From assembly GCA_951406725.2 (NCBI GenBank), contig OX597814.1:59458001-59522000 (forward strand): a DNA stretch of 64,000 nucleotides, in the 5' to 3' direction. The notes under the pieces were generated by a model. It was given only the letters and a program-made list of their open reading frames with translations. It did not search any database and was not told the DNA's origin. This DNA is from Octopus vulgaris. Lineage: Eukaryota. Below, one piece after another: positions 39,947 through 53,989 of this stretch; positions within the stretch are counted from its first letter, which is position 1, and each line of letters opens with the position of its first letter. The position numbers and the translations under genes were made by a program.

Positions 39947-40217
39947 AGATACCAACACGCTAAGAGGGACCAATGCGGTCAAAACTACTAAAAATAAACA
40001 AAATTTTACCGAATGCAAAACTTCAAAACACATCATTTTAAAAAAGAATTCAGTTACATATCACATGTGATTTCGCATTAAATGCGAAATCACATGTGAT
40101 ATGTAACTGAATTCTTTTTTTTTTAAAATGATGTGTTTTGAAGTTTTGCATTCGGTAAAATTTTGTTTATTTTTAGTAGTTTTGACCGCATTGGTCCCTC
40201 TTAGCGTGTTGGTATCT
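39947..40217. repeat. Near-perfect fold-back palindrome of the HHR-bearing repeat seen at 1-312
   Basis: Arms of ~133 bp with axis at TTCGCATT-A-AATGCGAA (~40080). Confidence 0.92.
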
Positions 40218-40503
40218 ACGAATAGTAGTACCCTCAATATAATATAAAATAATATATATATATATATATGTATATATTGTATTAATAAGAAGAACGGGCA
40301 CTTTTCAAATCCATAGTATAATTTAACAGTACTTTACCGAATCCTTTACTTCACTTACGTGTGGTATATGTGTGAAAAAACACCGTACCTCCCTTTATCA
40401 ATGTCACGACTTAATCAACGGAAATTACGCACTCGGATTTTCCTACCGATAAAAGTTAACAGACCTAGCAACTTATTGTTAGCTCAGGTATCTCAAAAGG
40501 TTT

Positions 40504-40561
<58 letters not shown>

Positions 40562-40652
40562 ATAAGAGTAGATCGTGTACGAGTGGGTATATATTTGTAA
40601 AATAGAAGTTTGAAAACGCCACTATATTATATCAATTTTAATTTTCTTATGA

Positions 40653-40697
40653 ATTTTACATGTTTCGGTTCTTGAAAAAACGAACCTTATCAAAAAT
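40653..40697 (-). ncRNA. Minimal hammerhead ribozyme, U3-A8 core variant
   Basis: Minus strand: ATTT-TTGATAA-GGTTC-GTTTTTTCAA-GAACC-GAAA-CATG-TA-AAAT. All stems pair fully. Confidence 0.8.
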
Positions 40698-41272
40698 ATT
40701 TTTAAAAGTAAAGTGTAATAGAAAAGTTCATGATTGTTTCTTACTGGTCTCAATAGAATCCACGTGGTAGTGTTTTGTTGGTAGTAGGTATAATAGCTAT
40801 AAATTTCAAGTTGAGTGTAGTAAAGAAGTTCATTATTGTTTCTTGCTGGTATCAACGGGATCCACGTGGCTGTTTTTAGCTTTCTTGTGTTAGAATGACC
40901 CGCGACTGGAATGGTAGCAGCAGTAGCGATTGTTGGTTGTTGAAGTAGTAACCGTTGTGGTGGTTGGGGTTGCAGCAGCTCAGCTGTGGCAGTGGGATGA
41001 CCAGTGGCTGAGATGTCAGTAGCAGCAATTACTGTTGGTCGTAGTAGTGGTAACTGTGGTGGTGTTTGGGGTTGTAGCAGTTTAGCTGTGGCCGTAGTAG
41101 CAGCAGCAGTAGTGGGGGACTGTTGATCGTAGCAGCAATAGTAGTGACCACGATGGTTGTAGTAGTAGTGATGATAGTGGAAGCAGTCGTAGTGATCGTG
41201 GTGGTTGTGGTAGAATTCCATTTTTCTTTACGGAAGACCAATGTTTTGTTTTAATATTCCTGGCCCAATTCT

Positions 41273-43857
41273 ATGAAATACAATCCACATAACCAAACTA
41301 AGACTCCACCACCAAACCTCTACCCTAGGAACCAACCATACAAACCTAACAAACAACAAACACACTACGGAAGAAACAACTACCAACACTATATACCTGA
41401 TACACTAAGAGGGAACACGAGGTACAAAAACACACTACAAAACAGAGCACCACAAACTCACTCTGAAAATTATAACAACAGGAGTCAGATAAACAGTGTT
41501 TTTGAACATAACTACACAAACCATGTTTTAGACCTAACACACAGGAACAGGGATACACGATGGCAACGGACAAACAAAAGAAACCACAGGTAATTAAATA
41601 ATCAATCTCTCGAATAAAGAACTTACACCTAACGAAATAAAGCATACTTTCCAAAGGACTTAAATTTACACCAACCCCATAACGTTCTAATTACTATGAA
41701 ATGAAACATGATATTTCGGAATTTTGTAGGAAACTAAGACTTGTCGAGGAATTTCATGGCAAGCAAATAGATGATGAATCAATAGCTAGAAACAACAGCG
41801 ATTACACTCCTACCAAGGGAAAGAATAAAGCCTTAGACCGCTATTGTGACTACATAACTAATTTCCCTTTTCAATTCACCAAGAAACAAAAACACAGCCA
41901 AAACTTTAACAAAAGAGAATGGAACGACCTCATCAAACTAAGAGAAGACAAAACAATAACAATTAAGGAGGCAGATAAGGGCAACGCGGTAGTATTAATG
42001 AATACAAACGATTATAAAAAGTTAGTGCTATCCCTATTAAGAGATGAAACATATTATGAAAGGGCCCAACATTATAATCAGCCAAAAATAATGTATAACC
42101 TCAGGACATTAATTAACACATACCGAGAAGGACTCACGGACAAGGAGTATGAATACATCACTAACTTCAAGTGCAAATCGAGTTTGTTCTACGGTATCCC
42201 TAAAGTCCACAAAAGCCAAATAATTAGTGAAACATGCAAGACATCTACCGATATACTCATCACAATCCCTTCACCAAATGATCTTCAACTTAGACCGATA
42301 ATAGCAGGCCCAGCATGTGAAACTCACCGCCTCGGCAATTTCTTAGACATACTTCTTAAACCTTTCCTAAAGCACATCAAAAGCTACGTAAGAGACGATA
42401 TAGACATGCTTAACCACCTCCCAAAAGCAGTCAATGAGAAAACCCTACTAGTATCCTTCGACGTAATTAACCTTTATTCAAACATCCCTCACACCCTAGG
42501 AATAGAAGCGATCACTTTCTGACTAAATAACTACTCCTTTGAAATCCCAACTCGCATAAATAAAGAACTTATAATAGAAGGACTTAGATTCATTTTAGAA
42601 AACAATTACTTTATTTTTGACAGTAATTTCTACAGACGAAGATCGGGAACAGCGATGGGCACGCGTACTGCGCCTTCTTTTGCCAACCTAGTGATGGGAT
42701 ACCTCGAGAAAATACTCTACCAGAAAACACGCGAGAAATATGGAAACACCTTCTCCACATATATCCAGAACAACTGGAAAAGATACCTCGACGACTGCTT
42801 TATCCTCTGGGATAAAAGTATAGAGAAACTTGAGGAATTTAAAATACTATTAAATGGAATAAATGATAATATTCAGTTCACGATGGATCATAACGAAAAA
42901 GAATTGCCATTTTTAGACATCCTCATTAAGAAAGTCGGCAACAAAATAGAGACAGATATCTATTATAAACCGACATACTCCAAGCAGTACCGACCCTTTG
43001 ATTCATGCCACACAAGACACACTAGAATAAATGTCCCTTTTTGTTTAGCTAGAAGGATTTGCACCATAATATCAGACACAAACACCCGACACACACGCCT
43101 CCAGGAACTTAGAACTACACTCATAAATAGAAATTATCCACAGCTCCTAATAGACAGTGCAATCCAACGAGCACTTAAATTAAGTATAGAAGACTTGAGA
43201 CAAACAAAACCAAAAAAGAAAGAAAAATTAAAAACCCTTCCCTACATCTCTACACACAACCCACTTAACAATGAGGCTTTCAACACCATACTACAAAGCA
43301 CAGCCCTACTAAAGGGAGACCCAAAGATGAACCGGATCCTCGAAACACACACCATCATTAAAAGTAAACGGCAACCAAAATCCTTGAAAAAGATTTTAAC
43401 CCAAGCTAAACTGCACTCAACATCAACCACAAAACCAGCTGTTAGAAAATGTGGAAAGCCCAACTGCGGAATCTGTGTCATCTTGGTAGAAGGTTCAGAA
43501 TTCACATTAGAACAAGGCCATCAGTTCACCATCAGAAAAAACTTCACCTGTGCATCAGAAAACTTAATTTACGTCTTAACATGCGCAGGCTGCAATAGGC
43601 AGTATATAGGCCATACAAAAAACAGCTTACGTAAAAGGATGGCGGTGCATAAATCCCAAATTAGAAACCCTGAATACCGGAAAATACCAGTCAACGGACA
43701 CATAGATAGATCCGCTTAAAAAAAAAGTCCGAAATTTACAACTTGCCCACTCTACAAATTCAGTGACAGCGTAACCTTCACTCAACGCCAAAATAAGGAA
43801 CTTTATTTCATTATAAAATTTAGACCAAGTTTGAACACCCTGGGCCACGAATATTAA
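41273..43857 (+). pseudogene. PLE polyprotein (DKG domain, RT, Zn-knuckle linker, GIY-YIG)
   Basis: KGLKFTPTP, IKEADKG, YGIPKVHK, LRPII, SFDVINLYSNIP, GTAMGT, RYLDD, CGKPNCGIC and LIYVLTCAGCNRQYIGHT. 41701-43857 is one frame broken by TGA at 42520 (Trp in paralogues) and TAA at 43717. Confidence 0.93.
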
Positions 43858-43928
43858 AACAAAACATGTAAAATTCATAAGAAAATTAAAATTGATATAA
43901 TATAGCGGCGTTTTCAAACTTCTTTTTT

Positions 43929-43989
<61 letters not shown>

Positions 43990-44098
43990 AACCAACATTA
44001 TTTGCAAGCGTTGAAATATGATTTGCACGATACCATAAGGTGGAAATTTTTTTCTACTATCTATATAGCGTCTTAAATTGTGGATGAATGTGTCAGCG

Positions 44099-44157
44099 GG
44101 CAGTTTAGCTTAATGGTAAAGCAATCTGCCGGATGTTGGTTCCAGTCCAATGGCTAT
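44099..44157 (+). pseudogene. tRNA-like fragment or orphan SINE head
   Basis: TAGCTTAATGGTAAAGC (D-arm/A-box) and GGTTCCAGTCC (B-box-like), with no anticodon arm. Confidence 0.35.
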
Positions 44158-44459
44158 TTGTTGGCAAATTTGTTCTTTTATAATTTACCTGGTATTTTTT
44201 CCTGTTCTAACTGCAATTTTGCGTTCGAGTGAATATCATATATTTAACGTGCAATACAATAAGGTGATATGTGTTCACAAATTTTTCCGCTTTGTAATTT
44301 ACCCAATATTTCTGCTGTTCTAACGGCAATTCTTCGTTTGAACAAACACCACATTTTTTTGTATCATATATATATATATATATATATGGCCTCGCACCGA
44401 CCAAAGCCTTGTGAGTGGATTTGCAACACGCAACCTGAAAGAAGTTCGTCGTATATATG

Positions 44460-44513
<54 letters not shown>

Positions 44514-45154
44514 AATATGTTTGTGCGTCTGTGTTTGTCCCCCCCCCAACATCGCTTGACAACCGATGCTGGTGTTTACGTCCCCGTAACTTAGCGGTTC
44601 GGCAAAGCAGTCCGATAGTATAAGTACTAGGCTTACAAGGAATAAGTTCTGGGGTCGATTTGCTCGACTAAAGGCGGTTCTCCAGCATGGCCACAGTCAA
44701 AATGACCGAAACAATTAAAAGAGTAATAGAGTAATATATATACTTTATGGAAAAGTAGCAGAAATATCACAAAGACTGTTACTGAGAGTTGTTTGGCGCA
44801 CAGTTTTGTTTCGAATGGAACAGAAATAAGCAGACATAAAATTTGTTTAATGGATACACATTTGAAAATAGTATCGTTTTTTTTGGTCCTTTCATTTAAC
44901 GGTATTAAGCAGGCAATGAACAAAATTCAGTATAAAGTCATCTTATAAAATGGAAGAAGACCTTAAATCAATGAACAGAGTCTAAATACATAGTGTAAAT
45001 AATTATGTGCAAAATATAAATCAATTTTTATACTAAACGTTATATCCGTTTCGAAAGTTAAAATTAAACATTTTCACGCTGGACTACATAAACGAAAGCA
45101 AAAGTATTTGAATAACACCTGCGTTCAACTGCATTTATTTACTCCGGTATATAT

Positions 45155-45285
<131 letters not shown>

Positions 45286-47368
45286 AACGATGTGTTTGCT
45301 GAGTATGGAGCAGCAATAAGAGAGATGACAAAAGAATAAATGATTATCATATGAAGTTCGTAAGCTTCCATCTGTTTCTGCTATAGGATGCAGTTGTCTC
45401 ATTGTTGAATCCTACACCGGGTTATTGGTCTTGCAATGCTCATGAGAAATATATATATGTGTATGTGTCTGAGTATTGATACGTGTGTACATTGTTTGTT
45501 GTTACCAGCAGATTTTGTTTCCCACCATGTAACAACACATGTGCTTTCCTCAGACTATATGCTTCTTCCTCCATTAAATCATTTCCCAACATACTCCTCT
45601 TTCCAACGAAGACCCATGCTTGAAACGTCATTTCCACTCTTAGTTTTCAATCTAAATCTTCCTTTGAGACTCATTCTAATATACACAGTTTACATCTAAT
45701 TGACATTTGTTACTTTTTCCTGCTTTCCTTTTTATAAAACCATAGACATATATTGATACACAAGCAAACGTGGGCACATATTATATACATGAATACATAT
45801 AACTTACATGATAGGAGACAGGCGAACAGACCTTCATACGTCTGCTTCCTAACTACACGACGCAGCTGTTAGATTTAGAACTAAAACTATCAGATGTTGT
45901 TGACATCAGTCTCACACTGGCCTCATATTTATTTACATATCATTCAGGTCTCTTTCTCCGCATGTATATATCTCTCACTGTATATATAAATACCTGTATA
46001 TGTATATATATGTATATATATATAAATAGGTATATGTATACACACGCGCGCGCGCACACACGCACACACACACACACACACGTACGAAGGAAAATTATTG
46101 ATCTATATTTTTATTCGCCTTATGTTAGATTTATTATTTTCGTCATATTTCTTCCTAGATTTTATATAAACAATATTCTCTACAGTGGTTCCACATCTAA
46201 TGAAATTATGATTATTGAAAACATATATTTTACATTTATACATGGTGTCAAAGTCTTGTGTGTATATACATGTCACATGTCTCTCAACGCACTACGCAAA
46301 GATATATACTATACTAGTACACTTTTTAATTTCTTGTGTCTCTCTCTTACGTATATGTGTGTGTGTGTTACTATGCGCGCGCGTTACTTCTGAAATTTTA
46401 TAAATTCATTTTTAATATATTACAGGAAATGTGCTCGTGAGTGACTGTGTGGTTAGAAGCTTGTATCACAACCACATGATTCCGGATTCAGTGTAACGTC
46501 GTGGCATCTTGGTCAAGTGAAAGAAGCAACTGAAAGATCCCCTTCGTACATATTTATGTCCGAGTCTTTGCGTTTGAGTTTGTCTCCCGCAACGCTTGAC
46601 AACAGCAGTTAGGGTGTTTACGTCCCCAAAACGTAACGCTTGAGCAAAGAAAAGCGATAGATTAGGTATAAGCCTTAAGACAATAACTTCTGGGGCTGAT
46701 TCATTTGACTAAAAATTCTTCAAGGCAGTGCCTCAACATGGCCACAGTCTAATACCTGAAACACATAAAAGAACAAAAGATAAAAGTTATGTTATTTCAA
46801 CTTCTGATACACTACGTAGTCATCCAGTTATCACACTTTCTACTTTAATTTATATATTTAATATGTAATACATATGCGCATATAAGTGTACATATGCATA
46901 CGTACATGCACACACACCCTCACAAACACACCTCTCACACACACATACACACACACATATATATATATACAATATGTATATATGTGTGTATACACATGTT
47001 ATATACGTGTCTTTAGTGCATAAAAATTTAAAGTATAATCGTAAACCAATCATAATACGGTTAACTTCGGAAGTGTACTTTTATCACACTGGGTGACAAC
47101 AAATATGTCATTTATACAATAAATAAAATTATCTGAATTTTATCGTATTTTTGCATGGAAATTCTGGTAAAATGAATATTAAGTTTCTAATTAAAAAGCT
47201 ATATTTTATTTAAATATATATTTCATTAAAAACTATTCACAGTTTTACTTTTTAAAAATGATAAAAAATATCACTGACCATGCTGATTTATACACGCACG
47301 CGTACACACACACACACACAAACATACACACACACAGACACACATACACACATACACATACACGTTCA

Positions 47369-47457
<89 letters not shown>

Positions 47458-47647
47458 CACATACACACCTCTTACTTGCTTGTGATTCTTTCTCTCTCAC
47501 TCTGTGAATGTGTGCATATATAGTTCATTTAAATATTGCCTGTCACGAAACATAGTACGTGTACTCCTCTGCCACCTGTTGTCAATCTTTCTATATATAT
47601 GAATTTTATTACCTTCCTCTACTATTGTATAGAGTTCATAAAAACAC

Positions 47648-47689
<42 letters not shown>

Positions 47690-47693
<4 letters not shown>

Positions 47694-47820
47694 TCAGCCG
47701 AAATTACTACGATGATCCGGTTCTTGACTGAAGACTGAGGGCTTCGAATGTCCTGTCTGTGTTTGTTGTATCGTCTTCTAAGTTCTTATGCGTTCTTGTC
47801 TCAGTTTGTAATTTTCTACA
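47690..47820 (+). mobile_element. Fragment of the 20033-family repeat between (TA)n tracts
   Basis: TAATCAGCCGAAATT..GATGATC.GGTTCTTGACTGAAGACTGAGGGCTTCGAA is the reverse complement of the ~20105-20170 segment. Confidence 0.7.
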
Positions 47821-47987
47821 TATCATAATATATATATATATGTATATACACACACAGACATACATATATACATCAGATATAAGTGCAAGTGTGTGCTTGT
47901 CTGTTGAGTGTCTTTGTCTCCCTTTGTCTGTCTGCCTGTCTCTCTATCTCTTTGTAAGCTCTAAATGATGTAGCAGTTAGATATCTA

Positions 47988-48046
<59 letters not shown>

Positions 48047-48203
48047 TATATGTGAGTGTGTGTGTGTGGGTGTATGTATGTGTATGTGGGTGTATGTATA
48101 TATATATATATATATACGTACATTTTTATGTAGGTAATATAGATGTACTTCTTAAGTTGTTGCTTCGCATATAATTTCTAAAAGATAATACATACTAAAT
48201 TGA

Positions 48204-48279
<76 letters not shown>

Positions 48280-48578
48280 CGTAATTGCCTATGCATAGTT
48301 TTTTTTTCACATGTCTATGAACCTACACTAATGTACGCATGTCTCTGCTTTCAATGCTGTTTCCAAAGTAATATTACCGGTAGGTGAGACTATTTTATTC
48401 AATATACCAATTAGTTCTTCTTAAATGAAAGACAATTTATTTTATATCATTATAAATTATTTCTCTATTAGTAAATTAATGCAAACGTTTAATGTTTATG
48501 AGTGTACGGATTAACGATTGACATATTAACTGTACCGATAAATCTAGCCTGAAATCTTTATAGATGACTCTTGCAATG

Positions 48579-48621
<43 letters not shown>

Positions 48622-49054
48622 ATTATACTCATAATTATAAAACGCAATGTATATATATATATATACATATATACAAACATACGTGCATATATATACATAC
48701 ATACACGGATACAACATGAACATCTGCATCACGAAACTATGTCACAGAGTAGTCACAAAATTAATGAAGGCATGATAGGAAAAAGATTTCAGTGAACTAT
48801 AATATCGCCTTACTTCTGCTAGCTTACTAAAAGTAATACTAGTTTAGAATTTAGTCCAAAATAGGGCCCGATTCTCTTCAGCCTAATCTGCCAGCCAACG
48901 ACTACTGAAATTCGTCCCCACCATGCTGAGACGATATTAGTTTTCACTGAGATTGTTTCCTATTATGACTGTATTAATTTTGTGACTATACCGTATCATG
49001 GAAATATTTTTGAATTCTCCTTTTAGCGATGCAGGTACCCACGTAGTACCCCTG

Positions 49055-49120
<66 letters not shown>

Positions 49121-49673
49121 TGTATACACATACACAAATATATATACGCGTACATATATATATATATACATATATATACACATATGTATATATTATATAT
49201 CTAGATTATTTAGGCAATTAAACTCATATACTTCAGAAAGAAGATCGGGAGAAATATGCTGCGTTTAAATAATACATCTAATCGTCAAAACTAAACTATT
49301 TCTACTCGAAATGACCTAGAAACTCGCCATAAGAATCTTATTGTAAAAAGAAAGCAGAAACTAAACTCACAATTTATTATTAGAAAAAATACGCACGCAA
49401 AAATATTCATTACCAAAAGAGAACAGGTAGAAAACTAAATTTTCACGCTTCACATATCAAGTAGAATATCGATTTATAAGTACTTGTTGAAGTAACGATA
49501 TTAACAGATTATTGAAGTAATTGGTGTATCTCTTATCGTAATAAACTGATTTCTTTTAATTAAGATATTTATTTTTTTGCAAATAGCCTTCGTCTATTTT
49601 CTTTAGCTTACAGAATATATTTTTACCCTTCAGCTTACTGAAAAATTGATCAATAAATTGATAAAGTGCATGA

Positions 49674-49737
<64 letters not shown>

Positions 49738-49908
49738 TTATATTTATAATTATATTTATATTTATTTATACATGCATATATAAATCATACATACGGATGG
49801 TCAGGAATATGTGCATATCTATATATATGTGTGTGTGTGTGTGTGTATACGCATATGCATATATATATATATAGATCGATAAATATACGTCTAAATATAT
49901 ATGTATGC

Positions 49909-49944
<36 letters not shown>

Positions 49945-49968
49945 GTATATAAGTATATATATATATAC

Positions 49969-50025
<57 letters not shown>

Positions 50026-50462
50026 TGTTTGTTTGTTTGTTTGTATGCCCGTGTGTATAAATCCATTTAATACACAATATACATGCCGCTGACTATATTC
50101 TGAAGAAAAGAGAAATAAAAAATATTTTTGACACGAAAATAATTCCTTCTCCAAAACATCATATTCCTGAAACACAAAATAAACAGACACAAAAATCAAA
50201 GCGAAAGCCAATTTCTTACAAACTCTCGCAGACTATCTTTTATTCACTTAAAACAATACAAAGAGAAACACTCACATACTCTCGAGTGCACACACACAAA
50301 TACAAACAGACAATTGACTGCATTTGCTTTTGAACTCAAAAGTATTCTTTTCAGTTGAATACAATTTTTGAAACTTGAGCCCCTGAATGCTATTCCAGGT
50401 CTCCACATACAAAATATATAAAATGAGACTTTAAGATGAATTTTCAAGCATGTACTTAACTA

Positions 50463-51701
50463 TCAGGTCATCCCATAAGTTCTTTCCGATTTTACCTTTT
50501 ATTAAAATTGAATGAAATTCAATAGTATTTTAGAATATCTAATGGAATTTTAAATTATTTTTATGCATTAGCCTACATTTAAACTAATTAAAAATTACTT
50601 TACATAATAATAGTATTAAAATTTCTTTGATTAAAACCCTTTCTAACATGGAAGTATCCAAAGCGCATTTAGGGCACATAAAGCTTTATGAGTACAAAAA
50701 AAGGAAACTCTGCAGCCGAAGCGACTCGAAACATACACTCAATTTATGGCAAAGAATGTTTAAATGAAAGAACTTGCAGAAGATGGTTTGCAAAATTCAG
50801 AAGTGTAGATTTCAGCCTTGAAGATGAAGATCGAACAGGACATCCAGTTGAGTTTGATGATAAGCTCCTTCCGGCATTACTTGCACAAAATCCTTCATTA
50901 TCATTTGAAGAATTAGCAATAAAGTTAAGTTAAAACCATACAATTGTTTATCATCATCTTCAACAACTTGGAAAGGGTCCTAAACTTGGACATCTGCTCT
51001 TTTCTCCATTCTCGTGAACATATTTCACCCTTTTTGGATAGCTTTCTGACTGGTGACGAAACATGGATCTTCTATCAACATGTTAAACGTTGTAAATATT
51101 GGCTTGGTAAAAGGGAAAAAGCTCAACCACAACCGAGAATGGAACTTCATGGAAAAAAGGTTCTTCTCTCTATCTGGTGGGATTGTAAAGGAGCAATTGA
51201 CTTTGGATTGTTACTACCTAATGCAACAATCAATGCTCAAGTCTACTGTCAGCAATTAGAGTGTTTGAACCAAGCGTTGACGAAAAAAGACCCGCTTCAG
51301 TGAATTGAATAGGAGTGATGTTTCATCAAGACATTGCGCGACTCCACACTGCAAAGATCACATCACAGAATATCGAAGAGCTTCGTTGGGAAAATATTCT
51401 TCATCCACATTATTCTCCCGATCTTGCTTCATCAGACTACCATTTGTTTCTTAATTTACAGAATTATTTGAAGGACATAACTTTCGCCAGCCAGGAGGAG
51501 GTCGAAACAAACATTTCAGAGTTCTTCGCTTTGAAACCAAAATAGTTTTATATTGATGGGATTAAAAAGCTTGTAAATAGATGGAAGGAAGTCATAGATA
51601 ATCAGGGAGAGTACATTGATGATTAAATACCAATTTAATATAACATTTAATCACTTGTTTTCTTTATTCAAAATTCGGACAGCACTTATGGAATGACCTG
51701 A
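50463..51701 (+). mobile_element. Near full-length mariner transposon with TIRs and TA TSD; transposase disrupted
   Basis: TA|TCAGGTCATCCCATAAG..CTTATGGAATGACCTGA|TA. Motifs RTCRRWFAKFR, LTGDETW, FHQDIAR and YSPDLASSDYHLF. Confidence 0.93.
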
Positions 51702-52082
51702 TAGTTACAAAATATGAGAAAAAAGTTGCTTTTCATTTCTAATTTCTTCTTATTTTCTCATTTGTTTCATATCTCTATTTGTTTCATATCTTTTTTTACT
51801 TTCAGTTTTCAATATTTGATAAGATGGGCATACACATCGAAAGCAGTAATAATTTACAAAAGTAACTTAATGAAACTGATATAGGGAAACACTTTAACCA
51901 TATTTTCGTGCTATTACTAGTTTTACTTTTTATCTATTCGCTTTCATTTGTAAGGATTCTTCACTCATTTTCTACTATAAAAACATATTACATATATGTA
52001 TACGTGTATGTGTGTTCTTCCTCCCGCACACACACACATATATTTAAGTACATGTATATGTATAAACATACACACACGCACG

Positions 52083-52128
<46 letters not shown>

Positions 52129-52358
52129 ATAATAATATTAGGGAATAAATCCAAACGTACAGGGAAAAATTAGATTTAGGATTAAATCCAATTTTATAGT
52201 ATAAATATATTATATTATATTATATTATATTATATTAGGGATAAAACCACTATTAGGCAAATCAAACAGTGAAAAACATAAGCCAATACATAAAATTAAT
52301 TTTAAAATATAAAAGTTAAAATTTAAAAATTATTTAAATAAATTAAACTTATAAATTT

Positions 52359-52426
<68 letters not shown>

Positions 52427-52558
52427 AATATATATATGTATGTATATTTTTATATTTATATATTATTTCATTTATTAATTAATTAATTAATTTATTTATT
52501 TATTTTTATAAATAAATATCAAAAGTATTAAAAGTTTAATAAAAGATAAAGAGTAAAA

Positions 52559-52651
52559 CACTACGATCGTTTCATGGCTGTACCAATTCGAATAACAATA
52601 ATTTAAATTCAATTAATAATTCGAGTTATAGTTACAGTCATTCTTCAGGTG
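52559..52651 (-). ncRNA. Hammerhead ribozyme with canonical core and extended stem II
   Basis: Minus strand: CAC-CTGAAGA-ATGACTGTA-(~50 nt)-TACAGCCAT-GAAA-CGATCG-TA-GTG. Confidence 0.75.
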
Positions 52652-53989
52652 AATTGAAATATTTTAAAAATAATCAGAAATATTTAAACAATATTTTAAA
52701 GATATAAATAATATAATAATTTTACTAATAATAAACTCTATTATCAAACTAGAAACTTAAAACTTGAAATTATGATTATATCAAAATCGATTATAATTTT
52801 AAATATTAATTTTAATTTATAAGGTAAGAAACCCAACAATAATCTAATATCGGTAATAGTCTATATCTAATTACATAAATATTTTTTAAAAAATGACTAT
52901 TATATATAAATTATCAATGAAAGTATATAAATATATATAAATATTATAATTAAGATCTAAAATAATCTCTATAAATAGATATATATGCACATATAATAAA
53001 GACCTAATAAATTAATTTTCCATATTTAAAGATGAAACAGCTAATTTCAAAAATACAAACAAACAAACTTAAACGAACTTTCGGAAATCTTATTTAAAAT
53101 ACTTATAGAAATAATCAATTCGTAGTTATATAGTATCGAATAAATACTATAAATACTATAAATATATTTATCAATGGGAATATACTAGCGAATATCAATT
53201 TAAAAAGACAATAACTGAGTTATGCTATTAAGTTAGACATGCCCTACACCAATCTTTGGTCGAAACACATCTAAGTTTATCTAAGTTTATCTAATTTTAA
53301 TTATAAGAAATTTAAAACTACAATTAATACTATTAAAACATGTATATACAAAAACCTATCTTTAGACAACTCGTATACTTGCTATCAAACAACAAGTCTA
53401 TCGCTAAGTAATATCTTACGAATAAACTTAAATTGAATATCTAATTCTATAGAAAATTACGATAATTAGATCATTACATAAACAACGATATTTACATAAG
53501 GAAAATATTATTGCACCAAAGACTTATAAAATATTAAAATTTACAATTTAACGATCTTAAATATAAATAAATACTTATAGTAGCGAGGTTTTGTAATGAA
53601 CTAAAGTTTTGAATCGGAAAACGTCTTTACAGCGTTTATAAGAATACTCGTGGAATTACGTTATTAGCAAAAAAAGAATTAATTGTTGAAGAATTCATTA
53701 AGCGTGAGGAACAAATACGCTTTATCAATGAAGTTTGTGAATGGGAACATTAATGGTTTATCAATAAGTGTAAATAGTATGAAGTCACAAATAAAGAATA
53801 AAATCACTCTATACTATAAGATTTATTAATAAAATAACTATGAAAAATAATACTTAATACAGAATAAATTAAATAATTTAAATGATTAAAAACAAATAAT
53901 TATTAAATATACTCTAAAAATCTTATATGATTAATAAATATATAAAAAAATTTTTTTATAGTAACCCCTCATCTTACTATAAAGTCTTT

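Larger units (their letters stand above)
40590..43937 (+). mobile_element. Penelope-like retroelement with most of its ORF and an inverted 5' pseudo-LTR
   Basis: 40591-40665 is the reverse complement of 43862-43937. RT-EN ORF lies between them. (TA)n on both sides. Confidence 0.92.

Noticed and set aside
40622-41221. 199-aa minus-strand ORF
   Set aside because: Low-complexity PLE UTR with trinucleotide-like repeats and an internal ~100-bp duplication. No domain is recognisable.
42520-42522. In-frame TGA in the PLE ORF as possible selenocysteine or readthrough
   Set aside because: It aligns to Trp (FWLE) in the paralogues at ~2970 and ~59282, so it is a simple TGG>TGA lesion. No SECIS was recognised.
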